Notes: generated by a model from the sequence alone, not told the origin. Shown: positions 1 to 12,288, counted from the first letter of the stretch. The stretch: 64,000 nucleotides of DNA from Chrysomallon squamiferum (GCA_012295275.1 CM022679.1:3844001-3908000), one strand, 5' to 3'. Numbers and translations: made by a program.

Positions 1-47
1 CTGCGGAAAGCTGTTAATTTAATTACAGTGTCTTCTGGATTTACGTT

Positions 48-743
48 TTATACTCCATGTTGTTGATAGGCAGGTGGCTGAACGTAATTTGAAGTCGGAG
101 GCCATCCCATTCTTCCTTTCTGTTCAACATGTTCACCTATAGGTGGCGCTGTTGTCCAATTAACTGTCGGATAGAACCCATTACCCGCTGTAGTCGTCTG
201 CTGAACGTTGCTGAAGTTAACTTGGGGCACTGTTGCAGGCTGAACGACATGACCCGAGCTTATGTGACTTTTCGAACTGGCAGCGATAACGATTCCAAAT
301 ATGATGGCGAGGACTGAGCCGATGGTGTTAAGAGCAAATGACCAAGATAAATGTGTTATATCGGTGCCTACAGCAGACTGGAAAACTCCAAAGAGTACGT
401 CGTCCATACATCCTAAAATACCTGAGATAAATAATAATAATAACAATAACAACAACAACAATAATAATAATAATAATAATCATAATCATAATAATAAAAT
501 CCAGGACAGTGAAACTTTACAATATCAGAAAGAACTTTGAAATAAAAATAATGTAAAAAAAAAATTAATAAGGAGAAAAAATAAAGGAAAGAATAATAAA
601 AAAACAAAAACAAACAACAACAACATTGTTCTCTGTCATCTTCGTCTCAACAGTCTGAACTATTTGCATTTAGGATACTTCAGAGGTGAGAATTTATTAA
701 GCTGGGAAAATAGACACCAAAATATCTGTGTCGAATTATTGAC

Positions 744-801
<58 letters not shown>

Positions 802-840
802 ATATATATATAGCTATATATGTGTGTGTGTGTGTGTGTC

Positions 841-872
<32 letters not shown>

Positions 873-2167
873 TATATAAGTATATATATATATATAATCA
901 TAAGTAATGTGTCTTTGCAGGAAGTTACATATTTTTATTAATTTGTTTATATTTATATTCTGTGGGTAATACAGGTATATCTTACCTCCTGTTATTATCA
1001 TATTTTTATTAATTTGTTTATATTTATATTCTGGGGTAATACAGGTATATCTTACCTCCTGTTATTGTCGTCCGACTTACTACGTTGGCTGACATTTGAG
1101 GAGAGCACGTGTTCACCACATAGGCCATGATTACACCAATCACCAGAAATAACAACGCCAGAATCTGAACAGCTCGGTAAGCATCGTATTCACCTGCAGA
1201 TAAATTAAAACGTACATTTTATAATTTATTATGGATGATTATTGTTTACAGTACACAAGAAACGTCAAATCAGAATAATGTACCGTTATGTATTTAAAAT
1301 GTACTGTTATGTAAGAGTAACGTACTGTTATACAATTACAATGTACTGATATAGATGTGTAATGTACGTATAACGTAAATATGAGTAAAATGGAGTGTTT
1401 TATTATTACACTGTTATATAAGAATAATGTACTATAATACAATTACAAAGTACTGATGTAGACGTATAATGTACATGTAATGTACAATGGAGAGTTTTAT
1501 TATTACAGTGTTATATAAGAATAATGTTCTTATCTTAAATTACTTTTATATATATATAGTTTACTGTTATACGCATGTAGTTCATTGCATATATTAGTAT
1601 AATGTACTGTCACATTAGTATAGTAATATACCGTTATGTAATTAAAGTGTACTGTTATATAAGAATAATAAAATAATAATAATAAATTGGTACATAACTA
1701 TAATGTACTGTTATACTATTATAATTGTCAGTATAAATATTATATAAGTAACTTTGAGTGTACATGCAACCACAGATTTGTAGAATAAATGATTTTAGAT
1801 AAAATGTACATATATATTATATAAATATCAGTCGTGATGTTGAAGACAAGAAATTGTCAGATCACATGTGGGATAATGGAAAAAATCGCGAAAAGAAACA
1901 ATCATATCGTTTTTACATTTACGTAACGCAGTAAATAAAATTAATATGTCGTTGACGTACATTGTTTGTAGTATAATGAAATAAGCTGACAAGAAAAGAA
2001 AAGAAGAAAAGGACATTATATCTGTAAAGGTAGTAAAATCTGATATGATGATAAGAAAAATGTGTGTGTGTTGTTAAAAACAAACAAAAATATAAATAAA
2101 TAAAAACTTAAAGACTGAAAAATTATAAAATAGACTACTTTAACCTGTTTTGTTTAAATATATTTAG

Positions 2168-2204
<37 letters not shown>

Positions 2205-2491
2205 TATACATGTACGTATCTATATTTGCACGTACATATATTTGTATATGTGAAGTGATTCCAGATTATATAACTCACTAATTGGGATGAATCAGATCTA
2301 CCTGAATCTCCAGAAGGATAAGATCTACAAAAATCCATGGAAACTGAGCAAATCTGCCACAAGCCATACAACGTATTCCTGATCTCGACCCAAGCAGGCG
2401 TGGCGAATCCAACAAGGAAAAAGAGAAAACTGAAAAACACACCAAATGTTCCTACTTTGTAGACAGTCGACGTCTCGGACCAGTTCGGCAT
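48..2491 (-). CDS. Claudin/PMP22/EMP-family tetraspan protein, copy A (intact, ~233 aa)
   Basis: Exons 2491-2302, 1193-1056, 421-48 with GT-AG sites, both introns phase 1. W-x8-GLW-x2-C-x6-C motif in loop 1, four hydrophobic segments, 'HLSWSFAL' before TM4, tail ending PPAYQQHGV. Confidence 0.85.
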
Positions 2492-3391
2492 GATGTAAAA
2501 ACTTGTTAATCCTCAGACAGAATCAGAAATGTATGTAATGAAGGTGTGCAGGTCTAATGAAACTATGTCACCCAGCGAGCTGAACGTTTTAGTGGGGTAT
2601 CAAAGAAGGAAGTTTGAAAACAGTCACAGTGTCTTTATTGATTGTGTTTGTTCAGTCATTTGTAATAAAAATTCAGTTTCGCAATAAACAGGTTTTACTT
2701 GAAAAGATTTATTTATTTATTCACTTTACAATTTTTGTTTTGTTTTTTTTTTTTTGGTTTGCTATCTAGCTTGATGATACGTTCTTGACTGTTATTTACT
2801 TGTAGGTAATTTAACTACAGTTTCAAAAATAACATTTTCTAGAATTAGGATAATCATATTTCTAGATTATATCCGAAATGTATGCCTCACGGACGAATTC
2901 ATTCATGTTCAATAATGAGCAGAGAGAAATTGCTTACTATATTTAGAACGATGGTGGTTTGGGATTTGAAAAAACGGGAACATGTAAAGCAACTCTGTGA
3001 ATTAGACAGATGAAAAGAGTAATGTTCCCTTCGTGTTGTATGAATAATAATTCATTGAACTGCAGTTTGTTTAAACAGTCCCTGTACCAGTAATAATAAT
3101 AATAATAATAATAAAATAATAATAATAATAATAAAATAATAATAAAATAATAATAATAATAATGATATAATTTAAAAAAATACAGTGTTGTTGTTGTTGT
3201 TAATATTATTATTATTATTATTAAATAATATAATAATACAGCAAACGTTTAGCAGTCATCTGTCATGGCTGTGGAGGCGATGAATGGAACGGGAAATAGC
3301 AACGATAAAAGTGAAAATAGAAGAATCCTGCCAACAAATCTTCACTCTTACACGAGAACTGTAACCAAATAAAATAGAGCTAAGTCTGCCT

Positions 3392-3504
<113 letters not shown>

Positions 3505-4013
3505 AGTCTCTATATCTTTTATGTCCCTCTCTATGTTCATAGTTTATTTTCTCAGTATTTATCAGTCACTGGAGTGAATCACAAGTGGGAACGTCATCGT
3601 AAATAAATGTACTTAGTTATAAACTGATCCTGTTTTCTCACTACAGAAACGTCTGGGCTGTTTCAGGCTTCATGCTGGGAATTCTTACACAACAAACTGA
3701 CACAAAACAAAGCTCGCACTGACAGATTGTTAATTCGTCCAATATCCAGCTCGTTCAATAACAAAGCACGTCTGCTTTGCACATTAATGGAGCTGATACG
3801 TGCGAATAAAGACTTCAGTAATTACTTACACATTTCTCTCATCGCGTGTAATGGTCTCCTCTATAAATGTTTTATCTCATTTCACTAATAATCGTTCTCA
3901 TGTATGACAATGACGTTAGGTTTAACAACAGAAGTGAAATATTTTTTTTTATTACTTTCGATTGAAGATCAGTATTCATAATTTTGCAGATCTACAACAC
4001 GTATAGCGTCACC

Positions 4014-4958
4014 ATGAACATTACAGAATATGAAGAATTCACTGTTTCTAACATGGGTCAGATGGCAGTGGAAGCAATACTTATGGCGTTTATCTGTATC
4101 GTCAATATGCTGACGTTGTTTACCGTTTATTTCAACCGTAAACTGTGGACGGTACCTAACATGTACATTGTATCCCTGGCCGTTGCGGATTTTCTTACTG
4201 GCTTTACACTTCCGTACCAGATTGTTTTTCACATTCCAAATATCAAGGCTGTATTTGATCGAAACAAATTCCTTTGCATTTGTCGACACGTATTCTTTTT
4301 CATTCTTCTGACGACTTCCATTCTTAACATGATGCTCATAGCACTGGACAGATGGGCATGCATCACGTTCCCTTTCCAATACGGACGTCTGGCAACGATG
4401 CGAAGAGCTGGACTTCTCATTGTCTTTTCGTGGGTTCTGGGAATAACGTACGGAACCGTCCCCCTATATCTGAATAACTGGAAGAATGGTGAAAAGTGTT
4501 ATTTTTTCAAAGTTCTCGTTGCAGAGTATCAACTCTACGTTCTAGGAGGAAGCTTTCTCGGTTCTGTCGTTCTCATCACGGCATGCTATGGACACATATT
4601 TCGAATTGCAGCCCGAGAACGACAACGTATTCAGAGTCTCACAGTGACGTCCAGTGCCGAAACCAGTGAGAAAAGAATGGCGAAGTTCAAAAACGACTGG
4701 GATTTGGCCGTCATGTTTAGCGTCGTGGTTGGAGTATTTATCGTCTGCTGCATGCCTGCTTTTATCTTCATAACTGTAACGTACACAGCAGGAGTCGCGG
4801 GAACTGTGAATAGTTTCACAATACCGCTTCTCGTGACCAATTCTGGAATGAATTTTATTATTTACGTCGTGAAAAACAGGCAGTTTCGAACTGCACTGAA
4901 GTCTACCTTTTTGAAATGCCGTCCACGTGTTAATGATTCAGGTAGCAGAACTGCATAA
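4014..4958 (+). CDS. Intronless class A (rhodopsin-like) GPCR, 314 aa, ligand unknown
   Basis: accATG at 4014, N-terminal NIT sequon, 7 hydrophobic helices, LAVAD (TM2), DRW (TM3), CCMP (TM6), NSGMNFIIY (TM7), helix-8-like FRTALK. Confidence 0.9.
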   Translation: MNITEYEEFTVSNMGQMAVEAILMAFICIVNMLTLFTVYFNRKLWTVPNMYIVSLAVADFLTGFTLPYQIVFHIPNIKAVFDRNKFLCICRHVFFFILLTTSILNMMLIALDRWACITFPFQYGRLATMRRAGLLIVFSWVLGITYGTVPLYLNNWKNGEKCYFFKVLVAEYQLYVLGGSFLGSVVLITACYGHIFRIAARERQRIQSLTVTSSAETSEKRMAKFKNDWDLAVMFSVVVGVFIVCCMPAFIFITVTYTAGVAGTVNSFTIPLLVTNSGMNFIIYVVKNRQFRTALKSTFLKCRPRVNDSGSRTA

Positions 4959-6106
4959 CCTAACAGGACATGAGGATAATTCATTAACTGTCGACAAAGT
5001 GGCTTCTTTTTATCTATTCATCATCATCATCATAATCATCATCATCTCCTTCTTCTTCTTCTTCTTCTTCTTCTTCGTCTCCTTTTTCTTCTTGTTGTAT
5101 CACTAATCATGTCACGATTTAATTAACTGTCGATGCGTTACTGCAGCGCCAAATCTCTTATGTTCTCAAATATATATATATATAAAAACAAACAGTATCA
5201 TTGATTTTACAGTTTCTTGTTGGGTTTTTTCCATCAGTTTTATATACAATGATCTTGACAACTGTATAAGAAGTAATTCAAGTACCATAGAAACACTACG
5301 TGATAAATGTTTCGTGTTGATTAAATTATATATATATACTTTTTTTTTTTTTTTTTTTTTTTTTTTGAATTATCAGTTAGTTAATTTATTTTTGTATGAT
5401 TGCTGTATGGATTAAATTTTGTTATGAAGTAGAATGTAGCTCACAGGATCAGTAATCGTCTATTCTAAGCTAGGATCAGTCGTAGGATCTATTTTACTCG
5501 GCCAATCCATTATATTATTTCCAATATATCTGATTGAGGCAATAAGTGATTTGAGTCCAACCCCCCCCCAAAAGTATGTATATATATATAAATTAAAAGA
5601 AAGAAAGAAATATAGAAGAAGTAGTAGTAGTAGTAGTAGTAATAATAATAATTAATTAATTAATTAAGTAAAAAGGAGTATGTGTAGTGAGTTTGTAATA
5701 GAAGTCATTATTTCACAGGTTATATTTAAAAAAAAAATGTTTACTGTTGTATTTATTTTTCTTCTTACATACATTTAAAATAATTAAACTATATTATAAT
5801 TGTAGGCTGCACTAAATTTGATTCCATGTATGAAGCTAATCTACAAATCACAATATGAAATTAGAATTAATTCTCTTTTACAATAATTCATGTAGATTTT
5901 CCTTTCTGATGAACAATTATTGTAAAGTTTGATGTCCTACAGAAAAACAAAACACAAAAAAAAAAAACACAAAACAAACAAAAAAATCCAGAATCTTTAT
6001 TTTTATGCCTGATTTCTTTTTACACGTTTCTCTAGCGTCATCAGTAAGCTACTATAAAACTGCGGAAAGCTGTTAATTTAATTACACTGTCTTCTGGATT
6101 TACGTT

Positions 6107-6403
6107 TTATACTCCATGTTGTTGATCAGGCAGGCGGCTGAACGTAATTTGAAGCCTGAGGCGCTGTCATACTTCCTTTCTGTTCAACATGTTCACCTAT
6201 AGGTGGCGCTGTTGACCAATTATATGTCGGATAGGACACATTACCCGCTGTCGTTGTCTGCTTAAGGTTGATGTAGTAAACTTGGGTTTGAGGGACATTG
6301 TATTGAATGACATGGCCGAAGCTTCTATCACTTTTCGTACTGGCAACGAAAAGAATTCCAGATATGATGGCGAGGACTGAGCCGATGGTGTTAAGAGCAA
6401 ATG
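6107..6403 (-). pseudogene. Claudin-like exon-3 fragment, copy B
   Basis: Only the 3' part of exon 3 is present, cut at ~6403 and joined to the upstream region of the hairpin unit. A 1-nt insertion at ~6127 turns PPAY into PPA-stop. Confidence 0.8.
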
Positions 6404-6654
6404 AAGTAAACTGTTTGTATTAAACCGAATAAAAACAAGAAAAACCCGATAAATTCGATATTATTTTATGTTTCTTTGAATAATATCAAGAAAGGTTTCA
6501 CATTATCATGATTACAGAAATATTTTTTAAATTGGTATTCTTAAAAGGAATCACATCAAAATTACTTATATACACATATCACAGAATGATAATGTTACAA
6601 AAGATTTTAACGCGAAAAAAAATCAACGAAAAAAACACAAGTTCTTGTTGGCGA

Positions 6655-6760
6655 CGCCATTGCTAACGTCAAGGTGACTTCTTTTACGTCGTAGTTGTGT
6701 CTATATAAGGACGAGAAAACAGAGAATGACGTAAGCCTGAGGGTTCTTTTTATAAAACAA
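6655..6760 (+). promoter_or_regulatory. Putative Pol II promoter of the hairpin-RNA unit
   Basis: TATATAA 6702-6708 and TATAAAA 6751-6757. CRE/ATF-like AACGTCA, TTACGTC and TGACGTAA (6727-6734). Conserved upstream of copies 2 and 3. Confidence 0.5.
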
Positions 6761-6779
6761 TTGAACATCCACTACCCCG

Positions 6780-7124
6780 TTGATTTATATCCGGGATGTG
6801 GAAAAACGGGACGCTGATTAAACAGCTAATCTCAAGGAGTGTTTCTTTGTTCACTGGATCCTGCATCCTGCATCTTGGTGTTGTGTTTGGTTGGAAATCG
6901 TCTTCAAAACTGATTGTTGATGATCCGCTCCGAGGTTCATTACTACGGTTAGAGGTCGGGACACCCCGAACTTTCCAGAACGTGACCGAAGGGAGGATCT
7001 TCTGTAATCAAAAGCGAAGACGACTCAAGCATTCTGCAGCTCTCAACGATGACAGGATGGAATCCAGCGACCGAAGGAAACAAAAACAAATCTACCAAAC
7101 CCCGGCCCTTTTTAGGGCCACCAA
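6780..7124 (+). ncRNA. Putative structured RNA: ~240-nt rod-like hairpin ending in a histone stem-loop, copy 1
   Basis: Nested complementary blocks symmetric about TCGGG-acac-CCCGA (6956-6969), spanning 6841-7081. GGCCCTTTTTAGGGCC at 7104-7119 followed by ACCA. 5' end inferred from TATA spacing. Confidence 0.6.
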
Positions 7125-7137
7125 ATCTTAAGAAAGT
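7104..7137 (+). terminator. Histone-type 3' processing signal (stem-loop + purine-rich downstream element)
   Basis: ccaaacccc-GGCCCT TTTT AGGGCC-acca, then AAGAAAG ~10 nt after the stem. Matches the 6-bp stem/4-nt loop of replication-dependent histone mRNAs. Confidence 0.8.
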
Positions 7138-7405
7138 TTCTTTTTATACAATTGCTAATCCAGTTTCTAATTTTAGTTAAATAATAAAAGAAAAAAGAAA
7201 AAGAAATAATCTATTTATTTATTTTTATTTTTATTTATTTATTTATTTATTTTGACTCCACGTGGAGAATATTAAATTTATATAAACAAATATAATAGAA
7301 AGACTGAGTCCCCGTAAACTTGCTCATAAATTCAAGACGACAAACGTATAATTACTTCGTGGGAATCAATGATTGTCCTCGGTTATTCAGTAACTTTTTT
7401 TTTAA

Positions 7406-7552
7406 GGTTGTTTCGATAGCCGAATGGTAATGTCGTCTGGGTTCGGAGTGCTGGCGAATGGATGCCTTACGTTCAAGTCTTATCAGCGATCTCTGACAGG
7501 TTTGTGATGTAGTGACTGGACTTTGTCCTTCTGCGCGAGTTCGTTCCCGTAT
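7406..7552 (+). mobile_element. tRNA-derived SINE-like / Pol III head, copy 1
   Basis: A-box-like TAGCCGAATGG 7417-7427, B-box-like GTTCAAGTC 7471-7479, second B-box-like GAGTTCGTTCCC ~7538-7549. No complete cloverleaf. Confidence 0.45.
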
Positions 7553-7792
7553 ATAGTGTATACGCTAGAGTCTATTCACACCTACATAATGTATGTTTTT
7601 TTTTATACCTGTATATGTATGTATGTATGTATGTGTGTATCTGTGTATGTGTGTACATTATTTAAGAAAATTATGAGATGTCATATGTGCATTTTTGTCA
7701 AAAATAGCATTTAATTGCAGCTTAAGAAGAAAAATAATAAAACAAAACAAAACAAAAACCAGCGACGCAAAAAAAAAAAACCTACAAACCTG

Positions 7793-7861
<69 letters not shown>

Positions 7862-7922
7862 TAATAAATTAAAATAAACAAGAACAAAGTCTTGTCCATG
7901 ATTATCCGCAGTTGCTATATGC

Positions 7923-8547
7923 CGCATTTCAGATATGCCGCCGCTAATAGGTGCAAAGAACAAGACAACAATTGCCCAGCATCCCGCGTCTCACATCCTG
8001 CGTCTCACTCGTTTACTTCACGTGGACACCTCGCCGCGGAAACATCTCTGTTGTGTTCTGTTCGAGTTTTCTGCAGTATTTTGCCAAACTTTTTTTTTCA
8101 GACCATGGATCCTAAGAAAGTGAGTGGAAAGGACAGTGCTGGGAAGAAGAAGCGGATGATGTCCATTGAATTAAAGCTTGAATGTAGTCGACTTGGCTAG
8201 GCAGTACGAGCGTAGTCCTTCTACGATATGTACCATTCTGAAGCAGATGGAGTCGATAAAGGCTGTAACTCCAGCCAAAGGCGTAAAAAATAATTTGTCT
8301 CATCTCCAATTTATTTCTTTACATTCTCTTTTATATTGTTCTTATACAATATTAGTCATTTATAAATACATTTTGTATTGTTATTTAAAAAAAGAACAAA
8401 AAGAAAGACGGGTGGTTTTGGGGGAGCTGGAACGGATTAATAGTATTTCAAATAATTTCAGTTGGGAGAATTGATTTGATATGCGACCAAATTGAGTTAC
8501 AAGCTCGGTCACGGAACGAATTAAACTCGTAAGTCAAGGCACCACTG
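7923..8547 (+). mobile_element. Tigger/pogo-like DNA transposon remnant, 5'-truncated
   Basis: Broken transposase N-terminus (MDPKKVSGKDSAGKKKRMMSIELK / VVDLARQYERSPSTICTILK, HTH-psq-like). Right TIR CTCGTAAGTCAAGGCACCACTG followed by TA. Confidence 0.75.
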
Positions 8548-8895
8548 TATTTTAAATATATGTTGTACTAAATTTGATTTCATGAACTTAATACGAAACT
8601 AATCTACAAATCACAACATGCAGTCAGAATTAATTATCTTTTACAATAATTATTGCAGATTTTGCTTTGTGATGAACAACTGTTTTCAAGTTTCATATCC
8701 TATGCAAAAAACAACAAAAACAAAAAACACACAAAAATCCCCGAATCTTTAGTATTATGACGTTTACACGTTTCTCTATCGTCATTAGTAAGTTAATATA
8801 AAAACTGCGGAAAGCTGTTAATTTAATTACACTGTCTTCTGGATTTACGTTTTATAATCTGTGTTGTTGATCATAATTTGAAGCCGAAGGCACTT

Positions 8896-9178
8896 TCATA
8901 GTTTTGTCTGTTCAACATGATCACCTATAGGGGGCGCTCTTGCCTGTTTATCTGTCGTCTGCGTAACAACTGTCGGATAGGACGCATTACCCCGTGTCGT
9001 CGTCTGCTGAATGTTGATGTAGTAAACTTGGGTTTGAGGGACATTATGCTGAATAACGTGGCCGAAGCTTCCATGACTTTTCTTACTGGCAACGACAAGA
9101 ATTCCAGATATGATGGCGAGGACTGAGCCGATGATGTTAAGAGCAAACGACCAAGATAAATGTACTGTATCGGTGTCT
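8896..9178 (-). CDS. Claudin-like exon 3, copy C (partial, runs into gap)
   Basis: Near-identical to copy G exon 3, ends ...DHVEQTKL-stop. Upstream part hidden by Ns. Confidence 0.6.
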
Positions 9179-9378
9179 NNNNNNNNNNNNNNNNNNNNNN
9201 NNNNNNNNNNNNNNNNNNNNNNNNNNNNNNNNNNNNNNNNNNNNNNNNNNNNNNNNNNNNNNNNNNNNNNNNNNNNNNNNNNNNNNNNNNNNNNNNNNNN
9301 NNNNNNNNNNNNNNNNNNNNNNNNNNNNNNNNNNNNNNNNNNNNNNNNNNNNNNNNNNNNNNNNNNNNNNNNNNNNNN
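9179..9378. other. Assembly gap (200 N)
   Basis: Run of n. True size unknown. Confidence 1.
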
Positions 9379-9555
9379 TTACTATTTAACGTTGATGCGT
9401 CAAAACCTGTACAGAGACGATATACAAAAAAATGTCATCATGGAAACAGAGGTTCGTTGTTTTGTTCATTAATACATAAACCTTTCAAAAGTATAATATG
9501 GCAGCAACAATACAATTTTTTTTTTTAAATTAAAAATTAAAAATTAAATTAATGA

Positions 9556-9590
<35 letters not shown>

Positions 9591-10218
9591 CAAATCATAG
9601 TCATATTAATAATAATAATAATAATAATAATAACATAAATATAATTTAATTAAAAAGACGTGTGTATGAAATTACACAACAGAAGGCATTATTTCACCGG
9701 TTATGTATTTTTTTTTCATACGTATACTTCAAATAATAATTTTATATTTTAAATATATGTTGTACTAAATTTGATTTCATGTACTTATTAAAACTTAATA
9801 CGAAACTAATCTACAAATCAGAACATGAAATTAAAATGAATTATCTTTCTTAATAATTCTTGTAAATTTGGCTCTCTCGTGGACAACTATTTTCAACGTC
9901 TGATGTCCTACACAAAAAAAAAAAATCTCTATCGTCATTAGTAAGCTAATATAAACTGCGGAAAGCTGTTAATTTAATTACACTGTCTTCTGGATTTACG
10001 TTTTATACTCCATGTTGTTGATAGGCAGGTGGCTGAACGTAATTTGAAGGCTGAGGCACTGTCATATTTCCTGTCTGTTCAATATGTTCACCTATAGGGG
10101 GCGCTCTTGCCTGGTTATATGTCGTCTGCGTAACAACTGTCGGATAGGACGTATTAGCCGCTGTGGTCGTCTGCTGAACGTTGGTGTAGTAAACTTGGGT
10201 TTGAGGCACTGTTACGGG

Positions 10219-10478
10219 CTAAATGACATGGCCGAAGCTTCCATGACTTTTTGTACTGACAGCGACAAGAATTCCAAATATGATGGCGAGGACTGAGCCG
10301 ATGATGTTAAGAGCAAACGACCAAGATAAATGTACTGTAACGCTGCCTAGAGCAGATTCGAAAACGATGCCAATAACTCCATAGAACACGTCGACTATAC
10401 ATCCTAAAATACCTGAAATAAATAAATAATAATATAATAATAATAATCATAATCATAATCATAATCATAAACATAATC

Positions 10479-10511
<33 letters not shown>

Positions 10512-12288
10512 TCAAAGACAGTGACACTTTCGATGTCATTTACAATATGAGAAACAACTGTGAAATAAAAATCATGTAAAACATTAAGAAGGAGAAAAAA
10601 ATAAGGAAAAGAATAAGGAAATAAAACAACTCCAACACCAACAACATTGTTATCACTGCCATCTTAGTCGTCGACGTCGTCATCACATTAATCAAGAGAG
10701 TCTCAACTATTTACGTTTTGGAGACATCAGAGGTGAGTTTTTAGTAAGCTGGGAAAGTAGCCACCAGAACGACTGTGTTAAATTATCTACATTGATTCAG
10801 CTATCTATCTATCTATATATATCCATCTATCCAACCAACTGACCATCTGTCCATCTATCTATTTCTGTCTGTCTTTCTTTATATATACATATATGTCTAT
10901 CTATCTACCTACCTACGTATTTACTTATCTCTGGATCAATCTATCTATCTATCTATCTGTCTATCAATCTACTTAACCATGAGAAATAGGTCTGTGCAGG
11001 CACTTACATATTTTTATTAATTTGTTTATATTCTGTGGGTAATACAGGTATATTTTACCTCCTATTATTATCATATTTTTATTAATTTGTTTATATTCTG
11101 TGGGTAATACAGGTATATCTTACCTCCTATTATTATCATATTTTTATTAATTTGTTTATATTCTGTGGGTAATACAGGTATATCTTACCTCCTGTTATTA
11201 TCATATTTTTATTAATTTGTTTATATTCTGTGGGTAATACAGGTATATCTTACCTCCTGTTATTGTCGTCCCACTTACTATGTTGGGTGACATTTGAGGA
11301 GAGCACATGTTCACCACAATGGCCATGATTCCACCAAACACCAGGAATATGAACGCCAGAATCTGAACAACTCGGAAAGCATCGTAAACAGCTGAAGACA
11401 CAATTAAAACTCACATTTTATAATGAATGAATGTAATTTATTATGGATGATTACAGTTTACAGTACATAAAGATAATTTACTATTATATAACTATAATGT
11501 TACTTGTATAAATATAATATACCGATATATAAAAATAATGCATTTTTTATAATCATAATGTACTGTTGTATAAGATTAATGTACTGTTATACAATTACAA
11601 TGTACTGATACAGATGTGTAATGTACTGTTATATGATTATTATGTAGTGATATGTAAATGTAATGTCCATCTAATGTAAATATAAGTAAAATGGCCTGTT
11701 ATATAATTACAATGTTATATAAGAATAATGTACTAATACATAAGTATAATCTCCTCTTATATATGTATAGTGTAATTGCAACATGTACTGTTATATACGT
11801 ATAATTACATGTTATTATAATGTACTGTCACCTCAGTATAATAATGTACAGTTATGTAATTAAATGTACTGTTGCATAAGAATAATGTACCGTTCTACAA
11901 TTAAAATGTGCTGACATATATGATAATATAACGATAGTGTACTGTCATGTAATTGTAATTGTCAGTATAAATATTATATAAGTAACTTTGGGTGTGTACA
12001 ATAAATAATTTTAAATAAAATGTACAGATATATTACATATAACTACCAGCTGTGATTCCAGATTATATAACTCACTAATTGGGACGAATCAGAATTACCT
12101 GTAACTCCAAATTCATATGAACTACAAGAATCCATGGAAGCTGAGCAAATTTGCCACAAGCCAATCAACTCATTGCTGGCCTCGAACCAAGCAGGCGTGG
12201 CGAAGCCAACAAGGAAAAAGAGAAAACTGAAAAACACACCAAATGTTCCTACTTTGTAGACAGTCGACGTCTCGGACCAGTTCGGCAT
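10219..12288 (-). CDS. Claudin-like copy D, tail-truncated by premature TAG (~173 aa, four TMs retained)
   Basis: Exons 12288-12099, 11391-11254, 10412-10219 with intact splice sites. TAG at 10221-10219 where most paralogs have CAG/CAA. Ancestral tail continues in frame to 10003. Confidence 0.75.
11020..11265 (-). repeat. 65-bp minisatellite made of repeated exon-2 splice donors
   Basis: GGAG|GTAA donors at 11254, 11189, 11124, 11059 (65-nt period). Related arrays follow exon 2 in copies A, E, F, G. Confidence 0.85.

Noticed and set aside
2272-2280. Alternative GTGAGT donor after claudin exon 1
   Set aside because: Not conserved in copies E and G, whereas the upstream AG|GTA donor is conserved and gives the correct phase.
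3969-4840. Antisense ORFs over the GPCR, claudin exon 3 and LIN54
   Set aside because: Shadow frames of real coding exons.
6787-6810. ATATCCGGGATGTGGAAAA resembling MSGRGK codons of H2A/H4
   Set aside because: Needs several changes and an indel, and I could not follow histone similarity downstream. Kept only as an alternative origin hypothesis.
6794-6870. GGATGTG...CATCC similarity to the 7SK 5' end, or SRP-like rod
   Set aside because: No paired GATC 7SK stem in the expected place, no SRP Alu or helix-8 motifs, and no Pol III T-run terminator.
6796-7131. 111-aa ORF open in all three hairpin-unit copies as a protein-coding gene
   Set aside because: No recognisable domain. Copies are too similar for an open frame to be informative. 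The C-terminal PALFRATK is just the translated stem-loop, and the stop lies past the predicted cleavage site. Not fully excluded.
7406-7490. tRNA gene
   Set aside because: A and B boxes are present but no consistent acceptor or anticodon stems.
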